Positions 39,981 to 48,285 of a stretch of 48,285 nt of DNA are shown here, piece after piece. The DNA is from an uncultured Candidatus Midichloriaceae bacterium. Its GTDB lineage: Bacteria > Pseudomonadota > Alphaproteobacteria > Rickettsiales > Midichloriaceae. A program made the position numbers and the translations under genes. Positions within the stretch are counted from its first letter, which is position 1; the number at the start of each line of letters is the position of its first letter. The stretch lies in the NCBI GenBank assembly GCA_964547795.1, contig CAZJPD010000001.1, forward strand, positions 1 through 48,285. Direction: 5' to 3'. The notes beneath the pieces are model-generated. The model worked only from the letters and a program-made list of their open reading frames with translations. It was not told the origin of the DNA and made no database searches.

Positions 39981-40352
39981 TCATGTCTCTAAAATTACGT
40001 AAGATATGGCATGGGGGTATTCATCTGAGATTGAAACAAAGGCCTTAACCCCTTTATGAATTAATGGATGCTGATTAAAAAATGGGCATCTTTTTGCATC
40101 ATTAAAAATCTCTATAGTTTTAAATCCCATTTCTCCCCCGACACCATGCCCCGTAGCTTTTGCATAAGCTTCTTTAGTAGCAAATCTTTTTGCAAAATAT
40201 GAATAAAAATACAAAGAGTTTTTTGGATTACCTACTAACTTGACCTCATCTTTAGTAAAAACCCTTTCTAAGAATTTATTTTGATATTTTTTTATTAGCT
40301 TTTCTATTCTTCTAATATCAATAATATCGCATCCAATACCTATAATCATCAA
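39981..40352 (-). CDS. acpS: Holo-[acyl-carrier-protein] synthase
   Basis: MIIGIGCDIIDIRRI, FTKDE and FA.KEA..KA.G; about 122 aa. Confidence 0.85.
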   Translation of the reverse strand: MMIIGIGCDIIDIRRIEKLIKKYQNKFLERVFTKDEVKLVGNPKNSLYFYSYFAKRFATKEAYAKATGHGVGGEMGFKTIEIFNDAKRCPFFNQHPLIHKGVKAFVSISDEYPHAISYVILET

Positions 40353-40356
40353 AATC

Positions 40357-42177
40357 TTATTGTTTGGGTTTTATTGAAGGTATTATGCTTATATTCAATT
40401 CACGAAGCGATGCTTTGTCAATTTTTGCAGGAGCTCCCATAAGAAGGTCTTGTGCATTTTGATTAGGTGGGAAAGCAACAACTTCTCTGATATTTGGTTC
40501 ATCTGCCAATAACATAATAATTCTATCTATACCTGGAGCAATGCCACCATGAGGAGGGGTGCCATATTTTAATGCTTTTACCATTGCTGGAAAGTTTTTA
40601 TCAACTTGATCCCTATTATAACCTACATTTTCAAATGCTTTGTACATTATTGGAAGTTTATGATTTCTAATCGCTCCACTTGATAATTCAACTCCGTTAC
40701 AGATAATATCGTACTGAAATGCTTTTATAGACAACTTTTCCCCCAGTGTCTTTGCATTTAATGATTTCATTTCCCCTTGCGGCATGGAAAAAGGATTATG
40801 GAAAAAATCCAGTTTTTTTTGTTCCTTATCCCACTCATAAAGCGGATAATCTATTATCCAACAAAATCTAAACCCTTCCTTTGCAATTAAATTTAACTCA
40901 TGCCCTAGTTTATCTCTGACTTTACCTGCATTTTGTGTTGCAATCTCCTCAATATCACAGGTAAAAAATACACAATCCCCTGGATTCAATGAGCAAATTT
41001 CTTTCAACATACCCATCTTTTCGGGAGTTAAAAACTTGGCAATTGGTCCTTTGCCTTCTCTATTTTCATCAATGATGATATATGCAAGCCCCTTTGCTTG
41101 GAGATCAGATTGTGCAAAGACTATCATCTTATCATAAAACCCTCTACTTAATCCCTTGCAGTTATGAACTGGTATTGCCCTTACTATGCTACCACCCTCA
41201 ATTGCCTTATTGAATATGTTAAAATCCGACCCCTTAAATACTTTTGTTGCTTCTCTAATAATTATTGGATTCCTCAAGTCAGGTTTATCAGAGCCATATT
41301 TTAACATGGCATCGTGATAAGTTATTTTCGGGAAAGGGGGTTTTGTTACTTTCCAATTAGAAAATTTTTTAAAGGTATTAGCTAATACTGGCTCAATAGC
41401 TGCAAAAATATCCCCTTGTGTTACGAAGGACATTTCTACATCTAGTTGATAAAATTCTCCCGGTGCTCTATCCGCCCGTGCATCCTCATCTCTAAAGCAA
41501 GGAGCAATTTGAAAATACTTGTCAAACCCAGCAATCATAAAAAGCTGTTTAAATTGCTGAGGTGCTTGTGGCAGTGCATAAAACTCTCCAGGATGCAATC
41601 TACTTGGCACTAAAAAGTCTCTTGCTCCCTCTGGAGAACTAGCTGTTAGAACAGGTGTTTGAAACTCGTTAAATCCTTGTTTGTGCATTTCTTCTCTGAT
41701 ATATTTTATCACTTTGCTTCTTAGCATAATATTAGCATGCATTTTATCCTTTCTTAAATCCAGAAAACGATACTTTAATCTTAAATCCTCAGGAAATGGC
41801 TGATCTGAATTGACATTTATAGGCAATGTTTCAGCCTCAGATTCAATAGTAAATTGCTGAACGACGATTTCAACTTCCCCTGTTGGCATTTCCTTGTTTA
41901 TAGTTTCATCAGACCTTTTTACTACTTTCCCAGCAACAGTAATCACACTTTCGTAGCTAAGTGATGTGAATGTATCAAAATCCTTTGTATTAAGTGCGTT
42001 AATTCTATCATCTTGATCAGATGTAACCAATTGAACAATTCCAAAGTGATCCCTGAGGTCTATGAAATAAACCCCTCCATGGTCTCTTTTTCTATGAATC
42101 CATCCAGAAACTTTAACAGTGTTACCAATATCTTGAGCCGATAATGCACCACAGTGATGAGTTCTAAATTTATGCAC
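40357..42177 (-). CDS. aspS: Aspartate--tRNA ligase (bacterial type)
   Basis: 606 aa; [34 protein letters not shown] and the GG.A.G.DR motif 3. Confidence 0.95.
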   Translation of the reverse strand: MHKFRTHHCGALSAQDIGNTVKVSGWIHRKRDHGGVYFIDLRDHFGIVQLVTSDQDDRINALNTKDFDTFTSLSYESVITVAGKVVKRSDETINKEMPTGEVEIVVQQFTIESEAETLPINVNSDQPFPEDLRLKYRFLDLRKDKMHANIMLRSKVIKYIREEMHKQGFNEFQTPVLTASSPEGARDFLVPSRLHPGEFYALPQAPQQFKQLFMIAGFDKYFQIAPCFRDEDARADRAPGEFYQLDVEMSFVTQGDIFAAIEPVLANTFKKFSNWKVTKPPFPKITYHDAMLKYGSDKPDLRNPIIIREATKVFKGSDFNIFNKAIEGGSIVRAIPVHNCKGLSRGFYDKMIVFAQSDLQAKGLAYIIIDENREGKGPIAKFLTPEKMGMLKEICSLNPGDCVFFTCDIEEIATQNAGKVRDKLGHELNLIAKEGFRFCWIIDYPLYEWDKEQKKLDFFHNPFSMPQGEMKSLNAKTLGEKLSIKAFQYDIICNGVELSSGAIRNHKLPIMYKAFENVGYNRDQVDKNFPAMVKALKYGTPPHGGIAPGIDRIIMLLADEPNIREVVAFPPNQNAQDLLMGAPAKIDKASLRELNISIIPSIKPKQ

Positions 42178-42341
42178 TTAATTTTAACTTCATTGGTTGC
42201 AAGTTCTTGGAATGTATAGCATTTGATAGATTTTTGCAATTAGTAGTGAAAGTGTTGAGAAAGTAAGGCTATGTAGTCAATTAGCATAATAAAGTATATT
42301 GCACCCTACAGATAACAGCTCTTATTTAAATCAATTCATAG

Positions 42342-45300
42342 TCAACTTTTTTCGTTTTTACCAAATGGATCAAGCTTTTTACCGATCAGTAGTAAGCATG
42401 GCGTGAAAAACAATGTCAAAATTGTAGCAAACGTTAAACCCCCAGCTATTGAGGTTGAAAGTTGCCTCCACCACTGGCTGGAAGGAGCATCGTAAGTGAC
42501 TTCTCTTGTAAAAAAGTTAATGGTAATTCCAAATATCATCGGTGTTAAACCTAAAATGGCAGTTGTTGCTGTTAGCAAAATAGGACGCATTCTTTGAACC
42601 CCTACCCTGACTATAGAATCTCTCACATCATGCCCATTTTTTCTTAAATGCTGATAGGTATCTATAAATAATATGTTATTGTTCAACACTATACCAGATA
42701 AAGCGATGATACCTATACCACACATTACCACACCAAACGGTTGCAATGTAACGATTAATCTAATCAGTACACCTACTGTAGATAGGAATACTGCACTCAT
42801 TACAACTATGGTATGGTAAAACGAGTTAAACTGAACTAGTATTACAACAAACATCATAAGAAAAGCTAAAGAAAAAGCTTTGATTAAAAAAATTGCTGCC
42901 TTTTTTTGATCTTGGCTTTCTCCCTTAAATTTGTATGTTATACCTTTCTCAACATTTTTCTCAAGCCACTCCCTCATTTTATTTACCTTATCACTAGCCA
43001 ATATTCCTTCCTGGACATCTGCTTTTATTGTTATTACGTTTTTTCTATCAACTCTATCTATTCTACCAACCTTGTCTGTTGCTCTTTTTCTTGCGAAATT
43101 GGTAAAAGGTATAGCTTGACGATCATTGTTTACTATTTTTAATTTTTCTACCCCAGTAGTTTTTCTGTATTCTGGTTTAAATCTTAATACTATATCAACT
43201 TCATCATCTGTGTAATCTGGTCTAAAGCTTGACACCTTAACCCCATCAGTTAATAAACTAAGATTATGACCTATTTCTCCCGCACTTAACTTAAACATTC
43301 CCATTAATCCCCCTTGTCAATATCGACAATCCAATCAATACCTGGAAGAGGAGAAGAATCCCCTACATCCTTAAATCCCCCCCATCTCATCCATAGCCTT
43401 TCTAACCTTTTTTACAAAAGCTGGAACTTGTTTAAAATCTCTGGAAGCAAAGTTAATTGTTATAGGCTTTGTTTGTGAGGGACCAGATTTTGCTGATAAA
43501 ATCTCTACCTCTATACCATCAATTTCAGCAACCCTTTTCTTCATATCTGTAAAAATCACCCCTGCTTTTCTTCTAGTTTTCCAATCTACCAGTTCTAGCT
43601 CAATCACGCCTATAGTGCTTTTCGGTAAGAAATTACTCTTTTCAAAATTTCCACTCTTTGAGTAAAATACATCCACATCTGATGTCATATCTATAATTCT
43701 TTTTTCAACGGATTTAGTAACCTTGTCTTTTTCTGCAAGAGATAAGTTGCCACTGGATTTTATGACTAACATAGCACTTTCAGGTTCAATTTTGGGAAAA
43801 AATTCTACACCTGTCCCTGAAAAAACAAAAAATCCATATACTACTACCAAAATACCACACCCATATAGAACAAATGTTTTTGGCTTGTTTAATGTCTTTT
43901 CAAGTAGATAATAGTATTATTTTGCCATTCCCTTTAAATCTTCAATATTTCCTTCTTCCGCTGCTTTCATCGCCTTTACTGTACTAGCACCAATTTTTTT
44001 AGGCTTGCCAAATAATACACCAATGGAAGGTTGAAAGAATAACGCAAATATCAATGAGTTTGTAAGGATTGTTATCACTGTTATTGGCATATATTTCATG
44101 AATTTCCCTATTAATTCTGGCCAAAACAGTAGCGGAAGGAATACCAATATTTTAACAAGAGTAGAGGTAACTATTGGCCGAAACATTCTAGTAGCTGAGT
44201 CTATAAATGCTTCTTTTAGATCCATTCCTTCAATGATTTTTCTATCAGCATATTCACTTACTACTATTACATCATCTACTATCATCCCAACTGTTAATAT
44301 CAAGCTGAATAACACAACGATGTTTAATGTATAACCTGATACCTCCAGGACCAATATACCTACTAAAAAAGCAGAAGGTATAGAAAGTCCAACCAATAAA
44401 GTAAATCTTCCACCTACAGACAGTACCACCACTATGCTGACTAAAATAACAGCAAGTAAAATGCCATTTTCCAAGTCATCCACTACATCTATGATTCTTT
44501 GTGAAGCATCTTGTGCGTAAATAATGTTTAGATTATCTGGCAGAAATTTTTGTTCGGCTTTTATTACCTCCTTCACTTCGCTTACTGTAGAAATTATATT
44601 TGCACCTGTCCTCTTTGTCACTTCAAGTACTACTGTGGATTTACCATTAACCCTTGCTATATATCCTGGGTCTTTATAGGTTTTTTTGATTTCAGCTATA
44701 TCTTTTAATTTTATTACAGTGTTATTGTGGGTGAGAATAGGGAAATCATATAAATCCTCCGCTGTTTCTATAGTAGCTGGTAGCTTTACGGAAAATGTAC
44801 CCCCTTCGTTTTTAACTTTCCCAACAGCAATTAGCTTATTATTTTTGGCAATCATCTGTGAAAGCTGAGTTAAACTCAAGTTGTAGAATTCCAAAGTCTT
44901 TGGATTTACTAAAATCTCAACCACATCTTCACGATCTCCACCTATGCTAACACTTAAAACATCATGTACAATTTCTATTTTATCCCCCAATTCACGTGCT
45001 ATTTTGATTAAACTTCTCTCTGGAATATCTCCCATTAATATTACATTAAGAACAGGTAACAGACTTAAATTAATCTCTTTAACTGTGGGTTTATCAGTAC
45101 CTTCAGGCAGTTCATGTTCTGTATCATCAACCTTTGCTCTTATGTCGCTTAGTGCTTTATCAGTATCAAATCCTACATAGAATTCCGTTACTATTACACC
45201 ACCTCCTTCATAGGCATAAGACCTTAATTCTTTAATTCCAGATACTGATCTAAACGCCGATTCCATCGGCTTTAATAACAATTTTGTGAGTCCTCAGGAG

Positions 45301-45466
45301 ATATACCAGTATGTTTGATCATCGTATAGATAGTAGGTACTTTTATATCTGGACTTTCTTCCTTAGGGATTGAAATATATGAAAAACATCCGCAAATTAC
45401 CAACGTTATTAGAAGGAAAATGTTAGCCCTTTTTCTATATGTAAATGCTTCTATTAATTTTCTCAT
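42342..45466 (-). pseudogene. RND (AcrB/HAE1-type) efflux transporter, broken into four ORFs
   Basis: The four track ORFs are colinear with an AcrB-like protein of about 1040 aa. There is a frameshift near 45272..45281, an in-frame TAA at 43917..43919, and a pair of opposite shifts at C7 (43377..43383) and C5 (43310..43314). Confidence 0.8.
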
Positions 45467-45480
45467 AAGATATTTTGCGG

Positions 45481-45801
45481 TTATTTTTTAGTTGATTCAG
45501 ACGACCCTATCTTGTTTCTTGTAGATTTTGGCAAATCATCCTTGATAAAATAATATATCCACTTTTCTAAAAAATTATAGTCTTTATACCTTTTGTTTTC
45601 GTCAATCTTTATCGTATATTTTGTCTCTACGTTATCAGAAGTACTACTAAAAATGTCGGCTTGTTTTAGATATGCAGGCTTATTTCTATATTCACTATAT
45701 TTCTGAAATAGTAAATATCCCAGTAATATTAAAGCTAAATAAGCCACTATCTTACTTTTGTAAGTAATCACACCCGGTTTTTGGAAGATGTTCAAAAACA
45801 T
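45481..45801 (-). CDS. Hypothetical membrane-anchored protein
   Basis: ORF with one N-terminal TM segment. It occupies the position upstream of the RND gene where a periplasmic adaptor would be expected, but it is too short and unlike one. Confidence 0.3.
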   Translation of the reverse strand: MFLNIFQKPGVITYKSKIVAYLALILLGYLLFQKYSEYRNKPAYLKQADIFSSTSDNVETKYTIKIDENKRYKDYNFLEKWIYYFIKDDLPKSTRNKIGSSESTKK

Positions 45802-45927
45802 GCTGATAGGATATATACATTATTGCACAAAATACAATATTTTTGTATATTGCACATGCCATTTAGGAATTTTATTGTATAAATAGAAGCTCTACTCTCC
45901 ACCTTTTTTATTCCTTTCGCAGAGAGT

Positions 45928-46392
45928 TTACTTCCTATGTGGCTCTAAAAATTCTCTTGTCAATAGCTTTATACCTTGGACAAATTTTTCTTCCTGATGG
46001 TTACTTGGTTTTCTCCACCTTAAGAAATTTGGAAACTCGTTAAATATGCATACGTTCATGACTATTTTATGTGCATGTACTTTCTTTAAGATTTCAATGA
46101 TATCAGTATATTTTTTTTGTAAATTTTGTAAAAATTTTTCATCGTAACTCTTACTGTCATAAAGTTTCATTTGTAATAATTTAGACTAAATTGTAGGAAC
46201 ACCAAACCTTAGGGTATATATCCATCTTAACTTTATGCCACTCATGTGTTCAATGGGAGTTATAATATTCTTTTGAAGGCATAAATCTAGGGACTCAATA
46301 GTCAGATTGTCTTTACGCTTTCTTTGTAGTTCAATAGTTCCTTTGTCAATATTAGTACCTGTATTTTTCGGTCTACCACGCTTCCGCCACAT
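45928..46392 (-). pseudogene. Small basic protein with AT-hook-like N-terminus (KRGRPKN), split by an in-frame TAG
   Basis: The track ORFs 46186..46392 and 45928..46170 share one frame and are separated by TAG 46186..46188 plus 5 codons. No family recognised with confidence. Confidence 0.3.
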
Positions 46393-46439
46393 AGTTTTTT
46401 CTTTTAATAAAAACTACATCGCAAATTTCAGGAAGTACT

Positions 46440-46471
46440 TATAGTCAACTATATTATGGCAATTGACTATA
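46440..46471. promoter_or_regulatory. Perfect 9-bp inverted repeat TATAGTCAA-N14-TTGACTATA upstream of the 46392 gene
   Basis: Palindrome seen directly, about 50 nt upstream of the start at 46392. The operator role is inference. Confidence 0.3.
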
Positions 46472-46479
46472 TATGATTG

Positions 46480-47199
46480 TTAGCCAGTTTTACATAACTC
46501 ATTGCTATGTTTATCTATTGTTTTCTTTAAATGCTGGAGCAGCACTTTCTTATCAAATTTTTTTGTAATTGGAGGTAAGAGTTTGAATATTACCGTTCCT
46601 GGGTACTTTTGCCACGAATTTTTTGACCAAAAAAGTCCAGAATTTACAGCAACTGGTAGGATAGGAATATTTGAAAATTTATTATGCAGAGCTACAACTC
46701 CCACATGATAACTCGTTGAAGCGAAAGGCCTTACTCTAGTACCTTCTGGAAAAATAATAATACTTCTATTTTCTTTCAGTGCTTCTTCGGAGTCTTTAAG
46801 TAATTGTTTTAATGTAGACATTCCTCCTTTTCTATCAATAGGGATCATGCCCATATTTTTTAAAAACCAGCCATAAAAAGGAATATTTAATAACTCCTTT
46901 TTGATTACGTATACGGGAAATTTCAGATATTGCAGAAAAAAAGCAGTCTCAATAGCAGATTGGTGTTTGCATGCTATAATGCAAGGAAGGTTTGGCAAAT
47001 TTTCTACTCCTTGAACTTCAATTTTAATATTACAGATTATTTTTAAAACTTTCAACATTACATAAGACCAAACAGTACCTAAAATAGATATTAATTTAGG
47101 ATTTTTGAAAAAAATTAAAGGAGAAAAAAGGGTAGAACTGAACACAGTCCAAATGACTAAAAAAACATTGAAAAGTAAAGACCTAATGAAAACTAACAT
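46480..47199 (-). CDS. plsC: 1-acyl-sn-glycerol-3-phosphate acyltransferase
   Basis: N-terminal TM segment, CKHQSAIET (H(X)4-acidic box variant), FPEGTR. Confidence 0.85.
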   Translation of the reverse strand: MLVFIRSLLFNVFLVIWTVFSSTLFSPLIFFKNPKLISILGTVWSYVMLKVLKIICNIKIEVQGVENLPNLPCIIACKHQSAIETAFFLQYLKFPVYVIKKELLNIPFYGWFLKNMGMIPIDRKGGMSTLKQLLKDSEEALKENRSIIIFPEGTRVRPFASTSYHVGVVALHNKFSNIPILPVAVNSGLFWSKNSWQKYPGTVIFKLLPPITKKFDKKVLLQHLKKTIDKHSNELCKTG

Positions 47200-47229
47200 A
47201 TATACTGATAAAATGTCAACTTCTACATG

Positions 47230-47961
47230 TTAATTTTCAGCTTGTAATTTTAAATACTGTTCAGATTTTAATAAATCTTTTTCTATATCTATGCTAATAT
47301 TGGGGTCATCTACTATAGCGACTTTTATCTTCATATTGTTTTCTAAAGCCCGTAATTGTTCCAGACTTTCTTGTTTTTCCAAATGGGATTGTGGTAAGGA
47401 GACAAACTTTTCCAAATCTTTTGCTTTAAAACCATAAATCCCTATATGCTTGTAATTTTTATCCAATCTTATAGGACTTCTTGTAAAATACAGAGCTACA
47501 TTTTCATAAGTAATTATTGCTTTTACAACATTTGGATCATTAATTGATTCTGAATCAAGCATTGGTGTAATGGCAGTTGCAACATCTATGTCAGGATCAT
47601 CCTCATTTAAGATATTATCAATGGCAACAATTGTTTCTGGTTTGATATGGGGCATGTCACCTTGTAAGTTAATTATATTGTCGTACTCTTCCTCTAAAGC
47701 TTTATATCCATGAAAAACTCTGTCTGTTCCTGATTGTAAGGTAGGGTTAGTGTTAATGTAGTTATATCCATAAGACTTTACTAAAGTTTCAAGTTCCATA
47801 TCACACCCTGCAACTAATACTTTCCCTAAATTTGCCTTTGAAGCTTGTTGATAAACCCTAATTATCATCGGAGTGTTACCTATGTTTATTAAAGGTTTTT
47901 TAGGCAATCTAATAGAATGTAACCTAGCTGGGATTATTATAATTGTTTTATTCTGTGGCAT
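47230..47961 (-). CDS. kdsB: 3-deoxy-manno-octulosonate cytidylyltransferase (CMP-KDO synthetase)
   Basis: IIIIPARLHSIRLPKKPL, SGTDRV, NLQGDMP and the EQLR.LENN motif. The start is 47961 (MPQNK) or 47982. Confidence 0.9.
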   Translation of the reverse strand: MPQNKTIIIIPARLHSIRLPKKPLINIGNTPMIIRVYQQASKANLGKVLVAGCDMELETLVKSYGYNYINTNPTLQSGTDRVFHGYKALEEEYDNIINLQGDMPHIKPETIVAIDNILNEDDPDIDVATAITPMLDSESINDPNVVKAIITYENVALYFTRSPIRLDKNYKHIGIYGFKAKDLEKFVSLPQSHLEKQESLEQLRALENNMKIKVAIVDDPNISIDIEKDLLKSEQYLKLQAEN

Positions 47962-47962
47962 A

Positions 47963-48285
47963 TCATTTTCTAAGCAATTCACTATTCATTCGATTATATA
48001 TATTACTTATGATTTCTTGTATATATTTTGTGTTTATTACATTAGCCTTATTTTTTTCCTGATATTGTAATTTTATTAACAGCCCCATAATATCAAATAT
48101 GTCTTTATGCTTTTCTAATAACTTTTCTTTAGAATTGTTGAACAAATTAGCTAATAAATCAGTTTTATTTAAAAAAGAATATGATATCGACTGCATGAGA
48201 ATTTTTTTTGCATCTTCTGCAGTTAAAGACGAATCATTTAGTATTAATGAATATATATAGGGTTCTGAGTTATTGTTAAAGGCTT
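47963..48285 (-). CDS. Hypothetical protein, C-terminal 106 codons; the open frame continues past the window end
   Basis: The frame of track ORF 47963..48196 stays open upstream to position 48285. No recognisable motif. Confidence 0.35.
   Translation of the reverse strand, partial: AFNNNSEPYIYSLILNDSSLTAEDAKKILMQSISYSFLNKTDLLANLFNNSKEKLLEKHKDIFDIMGLLIKLQYQEKNKANVINTKYIQEIISNIYNRMNSELLRK

Noticed and set aside
34390-42290. Shared TTGACTA-containing motif near 34415, 42270 and 46465 as a common regulatory box
   Set aside because: The match is essentially a -35-like hexamer in AT-rich DNA, which is too short to support.
35755-46188. In-frame TAA/TAG codons (35755, 43917, 46186) as evidence for stop-codon reassignment
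   Set aside because: TAA and TAG terminate many conserved genes here at the expected lengths (kdsA, recA, aspS, valS and others), and RF2 plus its UGA-based frameshift site are intact. Pseudogenisation is the simpler reading.

Overview
This is an AT-rich, gene-dense chromosomal window that reads like a reduced alphaproteobacterial endosymbiont genome, Rickettsiales-like and possibly Midichloriaceae-like. That placement rests on gene content and repeat type, not on any search. Most of the window is housekeeping: smpB (partial), kdsA, folC, rpsP-trmD-rplS, murB, prfB with its programmed +1 frameshift, a DUF1013 gene, sufS, a porin, folE, lepB-rnc-era, ppdK, recA, queE, dut, alr, mlaEF, an archaeal-type valS, hflKC, ddl, acpS, aspS, plsC and kdsB. 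I also found six tRNAs (Met, Tyr, Glu, Phe, Leu) and an SRP/4.5S RNA that the ORF track cannot show. The accessory or unusual content is as follows. (1) A compact dapB-dapA-dapF-dapL operon sits beside a tRNA-Glu/tRNA-Phe pair, and its DapF homolog has Ser at both catalytic Cys positions. (2) A GC-rich palindromic intergenic repeat family (RPE-like) shows compensatory stem changes between copies, and two direct copies bracket sufS. (3) fliO-fliP flagellar export genes are present, with fliP broken twice at homopolymers. (4) Decayed accessory genes are frequent: a GIY-YIG/DUF4357 nuclease, an ImmA/IrrE peptidase, a PqaA-like protein, an RND pump, a DsbA-like remnant, a TrpD-like remnant and a small AT-hook-like gene. 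They are broken either by 1-nt indels in long homopolymers or by in-frame stop codons. I saw no CRISPR array, transposase or rRNA. All protein assignments come from motif recognition by eye, and no database search was possible.
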